Positions 1-10,639 of a stretch of DNA of 64,000 nt are shown in pieces. Numbering within the stretch: position 1 is the first letter of the stretch; each line of letters starts with the position of its first letter. The notes beneath the pieces were generated by a model. That model saw only the letters and a list, made by a program, of their open reading frames with translations. It was not told where the DNA came from and did not search any database. Where the stretch lies: positions 4,255 through 68,254 of the forward strand of contig CAKPPI010000001.1 of assembly GCA_934177545.1 (NCBI GenBank), in the 5' to 3' direction. The translations under genes were made by a program, and so were the position numbers. The stretch comes from an uncultured Bacilli bacterium. GTDB lineage: Bacteria; Bacillota_I; Bacilli_A; RF39; UBA660.

Positions 1-2515
1 TCTTGGTTATAAAGATGAGCAAGAAAAGAATAAAGCTTTAGAAATAACAAAGAGAGTAGTATTTCTTAAAGAGTGTTTATATAAAGAAAAAAAAGATGCT
101 AACTACTTAAAATATCTATATCTAATAAGAGATGGTAAAAGTATTTATGACGAAGTTAGTTATGACTTATTGAATAAAGAATTTATAAATGATAGGACTT
201 GTCTAGAAATAGTTAGAGAATGTAATGTTACCTTTCCTAAAGCTTCCTTACTACTACCTATCTATGATTGTCCTAATAACTTGGATGCTGATACTTATCT
301 AAGAGAATTAGCTATTAAAGGACTTACTAGAAGATTAAAAGGTAATGTTTTAAAAAATTATTCCGATAGATTAATATATGAACTATCTATTATTAAAAAG
401 ATGGGGTTTTCTAACTATTTCCTAGTAGTTTATGACTTTATTTTATATGCTAAGAAAAATAATATTTTAGTTGGACCGGGTAGAGGAAGTGCTGCTGGTA
501 GCTTAGTGGCTTACTCCCTTGGAATTACGGAAATAGATCCTTTGAAATATGACTTACTCTTTGAAAGATTTTTAAATCCAGAACGTGTTAGTATGCCTGA
601 TATTGATACTGATTTACCTGATATATATAGAGAAGATGTAATTAATTATGTAAGGGAAAAATATGGTGATAAGAAAGTAGCTGGAATAGTAACTTTTTCT
701 ACCATGTCAGCTAAACAAGTATTAAGAGATGTAGCAAGAGTATTAAAGATACCAAATTATAAAATAGATAGATTAAATTCTTTTATACCACCAATGAGTA
801 AAGAGAGACTAAACTATTACTATCAGCATGATAGATTATTTAAAAGTGAAATAGATAATGATAAAGATTTAAAAGAGACTTATTTAATAGCTAGTAGACT
901 AGAAGGCTTTCCAAGACAAATTGGTACTCATGCCGCTGGTATTGTAATGTGTCAGAAAAATCTAGATGAAGTATTACCTCTTACTAAGAGTGATGATATG
1001 TATTTAACTAGTTACTCTATGAATTATCTAGAAGAGCTAGGACTTTTGAAGATGGACTTTCTAGGTATAAAAAACCTTACTTTGATTATGAATATCTTAA
1101 AAGATATAGAAGAAAACCTTCATATTAAAATACCGTTTTATGATATACCCCTTGATGATAGTAAATGTTATCAGCTTTTTACCAAAGCCTTTACTACGGG
1201 AATATTTCAGTTTGAGTCTAGTGGTATGCGAAAATTTTTAAGAGAATTAAAGCCTAATAACTTTGAAGATATAGTAGCTGCTATAGCACTATTTAGACCA
1301 GGACCTGCTGCTAATATAGATACTTATATTAAAAGAAAAGAAGATAGAGAAAAAGTTACTTATCTAGATAATAGTCTAGAACCTATCTTAAAGAAAACTT
1401 ATGGTATAATGATTTATCAAGAACAAGTAATGCAGACAGTTAGTTATTATGCAGATTATTCCTTGGGAGAAGCTGATATCTTAAGAAGGGCAATTAGTAA
1501 AAAGAAAAAAGATGTATTAATAGAAGAAGAAGAAAGATTCTTAAGAAAAGCTAAGGCTCTTGGAAAAGATGAAAATATCTCTAAAGAGTTATTTGCTCAG
1601 ATACTTAAATTTGCTGGCTATGGATTCAATAGAAGTCATGCGGTTGCTTATTCAATGGTAGCTTATAAAATGGCTTACTTAAAAGTACATTATCCTTTAT
1701 ACTTTTATACCAACTTACTAAGTAACGTTATAGGAGTAGAAAGCAAACTAAATGAATATGTAAGAGAGGTTAGAAGTGTTAAAATAAAAATAGTAAAACC
1801 AGACATAAACCTTAGTACTTCAATGTTTAGAGTAGTAGATAGTAAGATACTTTTTCCTTTTTCTACTATTAAAGGAATAGGAGTTAGTGTTTGTAAGACA
1901 ATAATTAAAGCAAGAAGTGAAGAGTTTACCGATATATTCATGGCTATTAGATCGTTAGTAGTAGCGGGAATAACTAAGAAACAGTTGGAAACCTTGATAT
2001 TAGCAGATACTTTTAGAAACTTTAATTATAATAAAAGGACATTGATAACTAATCTAGATTCACTATATAATTATGGGGAACTAGTAAAAGATTTAGATCC
2101 TAGTTTAGTTTTAATACCAGATATAGAAATAGTAGATGAATATGATAACTATCTATTATTAGAACAAGAAAAAGAGTTGTTTGGTTTCTATATAAGTAAT
2201 CATCCAGCTACTTCTTATAAAACTAATACAAATGCTATTTCTTTGGAAAACTTAGATAAATACTTTGATAAACTAGTAACTACTATAGTATTAGTAGAAA
2301 ATATTAAAGAAATAACTACTAAGAAAGGTGATAAAATGGCTTTTGTTAGTTGTAGTGATGAAACAGGAAGTGTTGACTATACCTTCTTTCCAAAGATTTG
2401 GAATAATATAAATATTAAGAAAGGTAATTTATATAAGATAGTAGGAAGAGTAGAGAAAAGATATAATCAAATACAAATTATTGTAAATGGGGTAGAAGAG
2501 TTAGGTGATAATTAA
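1..2515 (+). CDS. dnaE: DNA polymerase III alpha subunit, DnaE-type; the 5' end lies outside the window (C-terminal ~835 aa present)
   Basis: The frame is open from position 2. It carries the GPGRGSAAGSLVAYSLGITEIDPL pol III alpha finger/palm motifs and a C-terminal OB-fold region. It stops with TAA at 2515. Confidence 0.9.
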   Translation, partial: LGYKDEQEKNKALEITKRVVFLKECLYKEKKDANYLKYLYLIRDGKSIYDEVSYDLLNKEFINDRTCLEIVRECNVTFPKASLLLPIYDCPNNLDADTYLRELAIKGLTRRLKGNVLKNYSDRLIYELSIIKKMGFSNYFLVVYDFILYAKKNNILVGPGRGSAAGSLVAYSLGITEIDPLKYDLLFERFLNPERVSMPDIDTDLPDIYREDVINYVREKYGDKKVAGIVTFSTMSAKQVLRDVARVLKIPNYKIDRLNSFIPPMSKERLNYYYQHDRLFKSEIDNDKDLKETYLIASRLEGFPRQIGTHAAGIVMCQKNLDEVLPLTKSDDMYLTSYSMNYLEELGLLKMDFLGIKNLTLIMNILKDIEENLHIKIPFYDIPLDDSKCYQLFTKAFTTGIFQFESSGMRKFLRELKPNNFEDIVAAIALFRPGPAANIDTYIKRKEDREKVTYLDNSLEPILKKTYGIMIYQEQVMQTVSYYADYSLGEADILRRAISKKKKDVLIEEEERFLRKAKALGKDENISKELFAQILKFAGYGFNRSHAVAYSMVAYKMAYLKVHYPLYFYTNLLSNVIGVESKLNEYVREVRSVKIKIVKPDINLSTSMFRVVDSKILFPFSTIKGIGVSVCKTIIKARSEEFTDIFMAIRSLVVAGITKKQLETLILADTFRNFNYNKRTLITNLDSLYNYGELVKDLDPSLVLIPDIEIVDEYDNYLLLEQEKELFGFYISNHPATSYKTNTNAISLENLDKYFDKLVTTIVLVENIKEITTKKGDKMAFVSCSDETGSVDYTFFPKIWNNINIKKGNLYKIVGRVEKRYNQIQIIVNGVEELGDN

Positions 2516-2985
2516 TGAAAGATAAAGTTAAATATACATTAGCAATTATTGGTTTATTTTTAATAGATAGATTATTTAAAATATTAGTAGTTAGTTATTT
2601 AAAAACTACTGTTACTTTAATACCAAATGTACTTAGTCTAACTTATGTTAAAAATATAGGAGCAGCCTTTTCACTGATGGAAGGGAAAACCCCTCTTTTA
2701 ATAATTATTTCCTTAATAGCATTCTTCTTTCTCTATAAAGAATTAATAACAAGAGGGAATAGGTCAATCATTAATCTTTCTTATATACTAATACTAGGGG
2801 GAATTTTAGGAAACTTTTATGATAGATTAGTACTTTCCTATGTAATTGATTATATTAGTGTTATAATATTTAATTATTACTTTCCAATCTTTAACTTTGC
2901 TGATATGTTAATTGTAATTGGAGTATTGATACTTATCTATGGATTATGGAAGGATGATAAAGATGAAGTTAGAAATAAAAGATGA
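2515..2985 (+). CDS. lspA: lipoprotein signal peptidase II
   Basis: 156 aa polytopic membrane protein with the NxGAAF and FNFADMLIV motifs typical of LspA. Adjacent to rluD, as in many Firmicutes. Confidence 0.85.
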   Translation: MKDKVKYTLAIIGLFLIDRLFKILVVSYLKTTVTLIPNVLSLTYVKNIGAAFSLMEGKTPLLIIISLIAFFFLYKELITRGNRSIINLSYILILGGILGNFYDRLVLSYVIDYISVIIFNYYFPIFNFADMLIVIGVLILIYGLWKDDKDEVRNKR

Positions 2986-3847
2986 ACAAGGAAGAATAGA
3001 TGTTGTTTTAAGTAAAATGTTAGATGAGTCTAGAAGTAAGATTCAAAGAAAAATAAAAGATGGTAAAGTACTAGTTAATAATAAAAAAACTAGTTGTAAC
3101 TATCAAGTAAGTATAGGAGATATAATTGATATCTTTAAAGAAGAAGTAGATAATAAATTAGAGAAAAAGGAAATACCAATTGATATTGTATTTGAAGATG
3201 AAAACTTACTAATTATTAATAAACAAAGTGGTTTAGTTGTTCATCCAGCTCCGGGGCATTTAAACGATACTTTAGTAAATGCTTTATTAGTAGATTATCC
3301 TTTAACTGATGATTTATTAAGACCAGGTATTGTTCATCGTTTAGATAAAGATACTAGTGGGTTAATGCTAGTAGCTAAGAATGAAGAGACAAAAGAAGCA
3401 TTAAGTATGATGCTTAAGAAAAAAGAAGTTAAAAGAACTTATCTTGCTTTAGTAGAAGGAGTTATTAAAGAAAGTAGAGGAACAATAGATGCTCCTATTG
3501 GAAGAGATCCTAAAGATAGACTTAAGATGAAAGTAGTAAGTGGGGGAAAAGAAGCGGTTACGCACTTTAGTGTTATTAAAAGATATCAAAATAAAACCTT
3601 AATAGAATGTGTGCTTGATACAGGAAGAACCCATCAAATAAGAGTACATCTAGCTTATATTAATCATCCGGTAGTAAATGATCCAGTCTATGGGAATAGT
3701 AAAAAGACAACTAGCTTTGGTCAAATGCTTCATAGTTATAAGATAGAATTAATAGAACCAATAACTAAAGAACATTTAGAGTTTACTAAAGATGTACCTT
3801 TAGAGTTTAAAGCTTATTTAGATGAACTTGATAGTGTTGAGAATTAA
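2939..3847 (+). CDS. rluD: 23S rRNA pseudouridine synthase, RluA/RluD family
   Basis: S4-like N-terminus and the HRLDKDTSGL catalytic Asp motif. The start is uncertain: ATGs at 2939, 2954 and 2963 all overlap the lspA 3' end. Confidence 0.85.
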   Translation: MDYGRMIKMKLEIKDEQGRIDVVLSKMLDESRSKIQRKIKDGKVLVNNKKTSCNYQVSIGDIIDIFKEEVDNKLEKKEIPIDIVFEDENLLIINKQSGLVVHPAPGHLNDTLVNALLVDYPLTDDLLRPGIVHRLDKDTSGLMLVAKNEETKEALSMMLKKKEVKRTYLALVEGVIKESRGTIDAPIGRDPKDRLKMKVVSGGKEAVTHFSVIKRYQNKTLIECVLDTGRTHQIRVHLAYINHPVVNDPVYGNSKKTTSFGQMLHSYKIELIEPITKEHLEFTKDVPLEFKAYLDELDSVEN

Positions 3848-3891
3848 GAAAAATTCGTGTATAATACTTTGATGAAGAAGGATGTGAAAAG

Positions 3892-5046
3892 ATGGAAAAT
3901 ATATTTGAAATAAATGATACTAATATGATAGCAATGAAACTACTTCATTATTTTATAACTGAAAGAAATTATACTCCCATAATTCTAAATGGAGTAGAAG
4001 ATGAAATTTGGTTAGAAAACTTAGATGAAGACTGTGAAATAGTAAGAATCGTTTTGCATCATATTCATAATGATGAACAATATAAATTTGATGTTTTTAA
4101 GACTAATCGAATTGTGAAAAAGATAAAAGCGAAAACATTTTCTTTTAAGTTAAATACACTAAGTATCTTTCTAAATCTAGGAAGTAGTGTTGATCTTAGT
4201 AAAGAATTACCAAAGAATGGAGTAGCTACTTGTGTAACTGATGAAAAAGATGTTAAAAAAGATAAGTTGTTACTAGCGACTTATCCTGACATATATAAAA
4301 ATATTTCTAGAAATAAAGAAAAAGGAGCAGATTTGTTTATTAAGATAACAGATGAGATTAATGAACATAATCATAGAGATCAAAAGCAGATGGATAAAGT
4401 ATTTAGACCGAAGAAACCGATTATCACTTATCTTTTAGTTCTTATAAATGTACTATTATTTGTAGTGCCTGCTCTACTTGGACAGACAGATAATATCTTT
4501 AGAGAACTAGCTGTCTTTGGACCATATATTAGACAAGGTGAATATTATAGATTAATAACAGGTACCTTTATTCATGCTAATATTGCTCACTTAATATTTA
4601 ATATGTATGCTTTGTGGATAATTGGTATTCAACTTGAGAGTTTTCTTGGTAAATGGAAATACTTACTCATCTATTTATTTAGTGGTTTAACAGCTTCCTT
4701 GATGTCCATAACTTTCCATAATACAACCGTAAGTGTGGGAGCCAGTGGAGCCATCTTTGGTTTACTTGGAGCTATGTTATACTTTGGCTATCACTACCGA
4801 GTTTACTTAGGAACTGTTATTAAAAGTCAGATAGTACCATTGATAGTTTTAAACTTAGGTTTAGGATTTTTAGTACCAGGAATTGATAATGCTGCTCATA
4901 TTGGCGGATTAATCGGGGGAGTATTAATGATGATGGCAACAGGAGTTGACTATAAAAGTGCTACTTTTGAAAAGGTAAATGGAGTAATAGTTTCTATTCT
5001 TTATTTAGCATTCTTAATTTATATGGGAATATTCTATATTCATTAG
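3892..5046 (+). CDS. rhomboid family intramembrane serine protease with an N-terminal cytoplasmic extension
   Basis: The C-terminal half has six transmembrane segments with the GASGAIFGLLGA motif (catalytic Ser) and the HIGGLIGG motif (catalytic His). Confidence 0.8.
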   Translation: MENIFEINDTNMIAMKLLHYFITERNYTPIILNGVEDEIWLENLDEDCEIVRIVLHHIHNDEQYKFDVFKTNRIVKKIKAKTFSFKLNTLSIFLNLGSSVDLSKELPKNGVATCVTDEKDVKKDKLLLATYPDIYKNISRNKEKGADLFIKITDEINEHNHRDQKQMDKVFRPKKPIITYLLVLINVLLFVVPALLGQTDNIFRELAVFGPYIRQGEYYRLITGTFIHANIAHLIFNMYALWIIGIQLESFLGKWKYLLIYLFSGLTASLMSITFHNTTVSVGASGAIFGLLGAMLYFGYHYRVYLGTVIKSQIVPLIVLNLGLGFLVPGIDNAAHIGGLIGGVLMMMATGVDYKSATFEKVNGVIVSILYLAFLIYMGIFYIH

Positions 5047-5060
5047 AAAGGGAAAAAATT

Positions 5061-6485
5061 ATGAAAAATGAAAAAATAACAGAAAGAGATAAAGATTTTG
5101 CTAAGTGGTATACTGATGTTGTAAAAGCTGCCCATCTTGCTACTTATTCAAGTGTTAAAGGATGTATTATTTTTGAACCTAATGGTTATGCTTTATGGGA
5201 AGAAATTCAAAAAAATTTAGATAGAATGTTTAAAGAAACTGGTCATAGAAATGTTTATATGCCTTTATTAATACCTAAGTCTTTATTAGAAAAAGAAGGA
5301 GAATTAGTAGAAGGATTTGCTCCTGAAGTAGCTTGGGTTACTAAAGGTGGGCAAAAAGAGTTAGAAGAACCATTATGTGTTAGACCTACTAGTGAGACAT
5401 TATTTAGTGATTACTATCATGAAGTGGTTAAAAGCTATCGTGATCTTCCACTTAAATATAATCAGTGGTGTAGTGTTTTTCGTTGGGAAAAGGAGACAAG
5501 ACCATTTTTAAGGAGTCGTGAGTTTTTATGGCAAGAAGGACACACTGTTCATGAAACTAGTGAAGAAGCTGAAGAAGAAACTAAAAGAATGCTTGGTATT
5601 TATGAAAAACTATTTAAAGAATATTTAGCTATTCCAGTTATTACGGGTAAGAAAACTGAAAAAGAAAAATTTGCTGGAGCAGAATATAGTTTGACAGTAG
5701 AAGCTTTAATGTATAATGGAGTAGCTCTTCAATCTGGAACTAGTCACTATTTTGGAGATAAGTTTGCTAAAGCATATGATATTACTTTTAAAGATCGAAA
5801 TAATAAAGATAGTTATTGTTATCAAACATCATGGGGTGTTACTACTAGAATGATTGGAGCTTTAATTATGGTTCATAGTGATGACTTTGGTTTAGTATTA
5901 CCACCAAAAATAGCACCAGTTAAAGTAGCAATTATTAAAATAGGTGATAGTGATAAAGTTAATACTAAGATAGATGAAATAGTAGATGCTTTAAAAGCCA
6001 AAGAAATAAGCTATATGGTAGATGATTCAGAAAAAAGTCCAGGCTTTAAGTTTGCAGAAGCGGAAGTTAATGGAATACCAGTTCGCATTGAAGTGGGTGA
6101 ACGTGATCTAAATGCTAATAAAATAGTTCTAGCAAGAAGAGATACTAGAGAAAAAATCACTTGTGAAGCAGATAGTGATATAGCCTCTACTGTTAGTGAT
6201 TTATTAGATACTATTCAAAAAGATATGTATCAAAGAGCCTTAGAACGAAGAGAAAAACTAACCTTTGAAGCTCATAATCTAGATGATGTTAGAAAGATAA
6301 TGGATACTCAACCTGGTTTTATTAAAGCTATGTGGTGTGGAGATGAAGCGTGTGAGTTGAAAATGAAAGAAATAAAAGGAACTAAGTCTCGTTGTATCTT
6401 AGAAGATGAAAAGAAAATAGATGATAAATGCGTTGTATGTGGAAAAGACGCTAAACACTTAGTAGTATGGGGTATTCAGTATTAG
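5061..6485 (+). CDS. proS: prolyl-tRNA synthetase (archaeal/eukaryote-like class II form)
   Basis: 474 aa. N-terminus MKNEKITERDKDFAKWYTDVV, class II core motifs and a C-terminal zinc-binding domain (CGDEAC...CVVCGK). Confidence 0.9.
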   Translation: MKNEKITERDKDFAKWYTDVVKAAHLATYSSVKGCIIFEPNGYALWEEIQKNLDRMFKETGHRNVYMPLLIPKSLLEKEGELVEGFAPEVAWVTKGGQKELEEPLCVRPTSETLFSDYYHEVVKSYRDLPLKYNQWCSVFRWEKETRPFLRSREFLWQEGHTVHETSEEAEEETKRMLGIYEKLFKEYLAIPVITGKKTEKEKFAGAEYSLTVEALMYNGVALQSGTSHYFGDKFAKAYDITFKDRNNKDSYCYQTSWGVTTRMIGALIMVHSDDFGLVLPPKIAPVKVAIIKIGDSDKVNTKIDEIVDALKAKEISYMVDDSEKSPGFKFAEAEVNGIPVRIEVGERDLNANKIVLARRDTREKITCEADSDIASTVSDLLDTIQKDMYQRALERREKLTFEAHNLDDVRKIMDTQPGFIKAMWCGDEACELKMKEIKGTKSRCILEDEKKIDDKCVVCGKDAKHLVVWGIQY

Positions 6486-6557
6486 ATAAATAAAGTGCAA
6501 CTAGTTTGTGCTTTTACTTTAATTAAAAATAAATTTATGATATATTAGCTTCGGGAG

Positions 6558-6761
6558 GTGTTTATGGGATATATTGTTAAAAATACAACACAAGATAATG
6601 ATACAAATAACTTGGAAATAGGTAATAATGTATATATACCAAAGACAAAAGAAAAAGGAATTATTGTCTTAAAGATTGGTAATCTTTATCAAGTTAAAAC
6701 AGAAGATGGAAAAGTAAGATCATACTTAGCAGATGAATTAGAAGGACAAATAAATGAATAA
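6558..6761 (+). CDS. small hypothetical protein (67 aa)
   Basis: ORF with RBS GGGAGGTG 7 nt upstream. Its stop overlaps the start of the next gene. No recognisable motif. Confidence 0.45.
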   Translation: MFMGYIVKNTTQDNDTNNLEIGNNVYIPKTKEKGIIVLKIGNLYQVKTEDGKVRSYLADELEGQINE

Positions 6762-7722
6762 TAAGATAATACTACCTTATAATATAGAAAAGAAAATGAG
6801 CATAGCATTAAGAAAAGAATATTATAAAGATTTAAAAAGATACTGTATTGATAATGTAGTACCTAATATTAATAATTATTCTTTTGGACAAAAAGTAGTT
6901 ACTAACTTATATATGAAAGATTTTTATAATGAAAGATTAGAGTTAGAAGGAGTAGAAAACCTTGATATGAATCAAGCAATATTCCTTTGTAATCATTCAA
7001 CTGCTCATGATATATTTTCAATGTATAATATAATGGAAAGACTAAAGAGAAAGACAACTGTAATGGTTGCCACTGACTGCTTAAATCCTTTCTCTATCGC
7101 TACCTTTAAACTAGCAGATGCTACCTTTTTAGATAGAAATAGTAAAAAGTCAGCTAATAATAGTATTTTACTAGCTTCAGCTAAAGTGTTAAATGGTAAA
7201 AATTTAGTAATATTTGGAGAAGCAACCTGGAACTTACATCCTTTTAAATTAATGCATGATATTAAAAAAGGTGGAACAATGATTTCAGCTATAACTAGTG
7301 TCCCTGTTGTTCCAACTATCTTAGAGTATATAGAAGAATCAAGGCTTTGTGATAAAGAACTTGATTTATATAAAAAAATAATAGTTAGATTTGGTAAACC
7401 ATTATCAATAAACAGTAGTGACGACATAATTATTAAGACATTAGAAATTCAAGCAGAAATGGAGAAAATGCGAAGAGAAATTTGGCAAGATAATGGAGTT
7501 AATAGAACTTCTTTATCCGATATTGATCAAGATATTTATCTAAATCATACTTATCAAAAGAAATATAAAGCCTTTGGCTTCACATATGACTCTTTAAAAG
7601 AAGAGAAATTCTTAAGAAGTAATGATGGTAGTAAAATAGAAAATGAATATTGTTTAGATGAAAATAATAAACTAGTACCAGGTATTACTCCTAAGAAAAA
7701 AATATTAAAACTAAGTAACTAA
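6754..7722 (+). CDS. lysophospholipid acyltransferase (PlsC/LPLAT family)
   Basis: The H(X4)D acyltransferase motif (NHSTAHD) and a downstream FGEATW-type motif. 322 aa. Confidence 0.6.
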   Translation: MNNKIILPYNIEKKMSIALRKEYYKDLKRYCIDNVVPNINNYSFGQKVVTNLYMKDFYNERLELEGVENLDMNQAIFLCNHSTAHDIFSMYNIMERLKRKTTVMVATDCLNPFSIATFKLADATFLDRNSKKSANNSILLASAKVLNGKNLVIFGEATWNLHPFKLMHDIKKGGTMISAITSVPVVPTILEYIEESRLCDKELDLYKKIIVRFGKPLSINSSDDIIIKTLEIQAEMEKMRREIWQDNGVNRTSLSDIDQDIYLNHTYQKKYKAFGFTYDSLKEEKFLRSNDGSKIENEYCLDENNKLVPGITPKKKILKLSN

Positions 7723-7748
7723 CCCTATGATTAGTTGCTTTTTTTGAT
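7720..7748 (+). terminator. probable rho-independent terminator after the acyltransferase gene
   Basis: Hairpin aactaa-ccctatga-ttagtt followed by a T7 run. Confidence 0.5.
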
Positions 7749-7803
7749 TGTTACCTAAATAATTTTGTGATATACTCTTATTGTTAAGGTAGGTGGTAGA
7801 GTT

Positions 7804-9633
7804 TTGAGCAGTATGTACTTTACAATTAGTGGCTTATTTTGTATAGTGCTATTAATGATACTATTCTTTTCTAAAAGTAGAATAGATAGTAAAGAAACTA
7901 AACTATATGGTTTTATGCTACTTAGTAGTTTCTTTGATGTAATTTTAGTATTAGCAGAGCTTACAATAACTTATTATTTCCTAGATGATGTTAATATGTA
8001 TTTAGTAAAAGGATTAAATAAAATAGACTTTATTCATTATATAATGTGGCCGACATTACTTAGTCTATATACAATTTATGTTACCTATCTAGATGAAGAA
8101 AAATATAATAAAGCGAAAAAGATATTCTTAACTATAGATATAATTGCTATTCTTATCGAGTTTATGTTACCAATTAATATAATATCTAATAAAGAAGCAA
8201 TGGGAGTTACAGGTATTGGACCAACCTTTGTTTTTCTAATATCTTCTTTCTATGTAATAGTAAATATAATTATTTTAATAAAGAATTATAAGAAAATTAA
8301 GAATAAAAAAAATCTTCCATTTCTTTTCTTTCTTATCTTTATAATAATAGCTATGCTACTTAGAGTTTATAATCCAACATTAATAGTAATACCAGCTATA
8401 ATTGTTTATATTAATATGATAATGTATTTTACAATTGAAAACCCTGATGTTAAACTGATAGAAGAGATTAATATAGCTAAAGAGTCAGCTATTAAAGCTA
8501 GTAATGCTAAGACTGAATTCTTATCAAATATGTCTCATGAGATAAGAACACCACTTAATGCGATAGTTGGGTTTTCAGAAGCTTTACAAAGTGATGAGAG
8601 AATACCAGTAGAGACTAAGGAAGATATTAAGAATATAGTAATGGCTAGTGATAGTTTATTAGAAATAGTAAATGGTATATTAGATATTTCTAAGATAGAA
8701 GCTGATAAATTAGAAATTATTAATACAACTTATTCACCTAGAAAAATATTTGATGAATTAGTAGTATTAACTAGAGGAAGACTTGGATTTGAGAAACAAA
8801 TAGAATTTAGAACAAGTTTTAGTAGTGATATACCAACTACTTTGTATGGAGATTATGCAAGAGTAAAACAAATAGTTTTAAACTTATTAACTAATGCTGT
8901 TAAGTATACTAATGAAGGATATATTAGTTTTACGGTAGAATGTGTTAATATAAATAAAGATTTATGTAGATTAATTATTTCTGTTGAAGATAGTGGTATA
9001 GGAATTAAAAAAGATAAAATAGATAAATTATTTACTAAATTTGAACGCCTTGATGAAGAGAAAAATATTACTATTGAAGGTACTGGTCTTGGACTTGCTA
9101 TTACTAAAAAACTAGTTGAATTAATGCATGGGAAGATGGTAGTTCAAAGTATCTATGGTAAAGGAAGTAAGTTTACTGTATCACTTGATCAAAAGATAGT
9201 TGCTACTAAAGAAAAAGAAGAAATTAAAGAAAAAACAGTAGTAAAAGGTAACTATAAAGGAAAAAGAGTTTTAGTAGTAGACGATAATAAACTTAATCTA
9301 AAAGTAGCAGAAAGACTATTAAGAGAGTATAATTTATTTGTAGATGAAGTAGCAAGTGGATTTGATGCTATAGATAGAATTAATATGGGAGTACCTTATA
9401 ATCTAATCCTAATGGATGATATGATGCCTAAGATGAGTGGGTGTGAAACTTTAAAAGAATTAAAGAAGAATAAAGACTTTCATACTAAGATAGTGGCACT
9501 AACTGCTAATGCTATTTCTGGAATGAGAGAAAAATACTTAAGTGTTGGTTTTGATGATTATTTAGCTAAACCAATAAAAAAAGAAGAGTTAGAAGTTATT
9601 TTAGATAAATATTTAAAGGAGGATAAGAAATGA
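7804..9633 (+). CDS. hybrid sensor histidine kinase: multi-TM sensor, HisKA, HATPase_c and a C-terminal receiver domain
   Basis: An N-terminal membrane region of about 6 TM segments. H-box SHEIRTPLNAIVGF, G-box GTGLGLAI, and a receiver with VLVVDD...MDDMMPKMSG. TTG start at 7804, with an alternative ATG at 7813. Confidence 0.85.
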   Translation: MSSMYFTISGLFCIVLLMILFFSKSRIDSKETKLYGFMLLSSFFDVILVLAELTITYYFLDDVNMYLVKGLNKIDFIHYIMWPTLLSLYTIYVTYLDEEKYNKAKKIFLTIDIIAILIEFMLPINIISNKEAMGVTGIGPTFVFLISSFYVIVNIIILIKNYKKIKNKKNLPFLFFLIFIIIAMLLRVYNPTLIVIPAIIVYINMIMYFTIENPDVKLIEEINIAKESAIKASNAKTEFLSNMSHEIRTPLNAIVGFSEALQSDERIPVETKEDIKNIVMASDSLLEIVNGILDISKIEADKLEIINTTYSPRKIFDELVVLTRGRLGFEKQIEFRTSFSSDIPTTLYGDYARVKQIVLNLLTNAVKYTNEGYISFTVECVNINKDLCRLIISVEDSGIGIKKDKIDKLFTKFERLDEEKNITIEGTGLGLAITKKLVELMHGKMVVQSIYGKGSKFTVSLDQKIVATKEKEEIKEKTVVKGNYKGKRVLVVDDNKLNLKVAERLLREYNLFVDEVASGFDAIDRINMGVPYNLILMDDMMPKMSGCETLKELKKNKDFHTKIVALTANAISGMREKYLSVGFDDYLAKPIKKEELEVILDKYLKEDKK

Positions 9634-10406
9634 GAGATGTAACACTACTAACTAGTAATGGAGTAAATGTAGCTAAAAGCTTAGAATTATTTGGAGATAT
9701 GACAACTTATGATAGTACCCTAAGTGACTTTTTAGCAGATATTAATGAAAAAGAAAATAAAATTAAGGCTTATAAAGAAAGTGGTGATATGGCTAACTAT
9801 TCTATCTATGTTCATGGTCTAAAGAGTGATGCTAAATACTTTGGATTTGATGCTTTAGCAAATTATGCTTATCAACATGAAATGGCTAGTAAAGAAAATA
9901 ATCTTTACTTTGTAACAGAACACTTTGCAGAGTTAATCCTAGAACTAGATAGAATTGTACACTTAGTAAAACAATATTTAGGACTAGAAAGTGCTGGAGT
10001 ACAAACTACTATTGTAACCCCTAAAAAAGATAGAGCTTTAATAGTAGTAGATGATTCAGCAGTTATTAAAAACTTTGTTTTAAAAATATTTGATCAACAG
10101 TTTGAAGTTTTAATGGCAGGAGATGGAGAAGAAGCCTTAAAAATGATAAATAATGCAAATGGTCAAAAAATAGTAGGAATGTTGCTTGACCTTAATATGC
10201 CAAACGTTGATGGATTCCAGGTATTAGAATACTTTAAAGACAACAATTTATTTGATTCTATTCCTGTATCAATAATTACCGGAGTAGGGGACAATACTTT
10301 GGTAGCTAAAGCTTTTGAATATCCAATCGTTGATATTATTAGAAAACCATTCAATGAAAGAGACATAAAAGCAGTAGTAGAAAAAACAATTCAATATGCT
10401 CACTAA
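9630..10406 (+). CDS. HPt-receiver phosphorelay protein (N-terminal HPt domain plus C-terminal CheY-like receiver, no output domain)
   Basis: HPt signature HGLKSDAKYFG and a receiver with LIVVDDS...LLDLNMPNVDG...K. It overlaps the kinase stop by 4 nt. Confidence 0.75.
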   Translation: MRDVTLLTSNGVNVAKSLELFGDMTTYDSTLSDFLADINEKENKIKAYKESGDMANYSIYVHGLKSDAKYFGFDALANYAYQHEMASKENNLYFVTEHFAELILELDRIVHLVKQYLGLESAGVQTTIVTPKKDRALIVVDDSAVIKNFVLKIFDQQFEVLMAGDGEEALKMINNANGQKIVGMLLDLNMPNVDGFQVLEYFKDNNLFDSIPVSIITGVGDNTLVAKAFEYPIVDIIRKPFNERDIKAVVEKTIQYAH

Positions 10407-10422
10407 AAAAATTAAAAAGAAT

Positions 10423-10452
10423 TTGACATAGTTCGACAAAATGTGTTATTAT
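10423..10452 (+). promoter_or_regulatory. sigma-A-type promoter driving the rnr leader
   Basis: -35 TTGACA (10423-10428), about 17-18 nt spacer, TG-extended -10 TTATTAT. Confidence 0.5.
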
Positions 10453-10456
10453 TTTA

Positions 10457-10620
10457 TTGGGAAGTTGGTACAACGATTGAGTATAAACTTGTGCTTATCT
10501 TAAAACGATGTGGTATCCATAAATTTTATATCTAGTTGTAAACTTCCCAACACTTACGTAGTAGGTGTAAAGAGGGAAAAATAGTACTCCGATCATTTTT
10601 TCCCTCTTTGTGCCTACTAC
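10457..10620 (+). ncRNA. highly structured 5' leader segment (two long hairpins) preceding the T-box element
   Basis: ttgggaagtt (10457-66) pairs with aacttcccaa (10541-50). A 24-bp stem (10558-10581 with 10596-10620) contains three consecutive G-U wobbles, so it is perfect only as RNA. Confidence 0.45.
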
Positions 10621-10639
10621 ATTTTAATATGTTTGAGCA

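Noticed and set aside
1705-1941. 78-aa minus-strand ORF inside dnaE. Similar antisense ORFs lie at 7005-7427, 10163-10366, 13788-13982, 19065-19421, 30751-30942, 41319-41615, 45554-45766, 48748-49059, 49212-49406, 53767-54039, 56654-57028, 59468-59692 and 60564-60833.
   Set aside because: All lie antisense within well-supported genes. They are low-complexity, lack an RBS and have no recognisable motifs. They are artefacts of AT-rich sequence.
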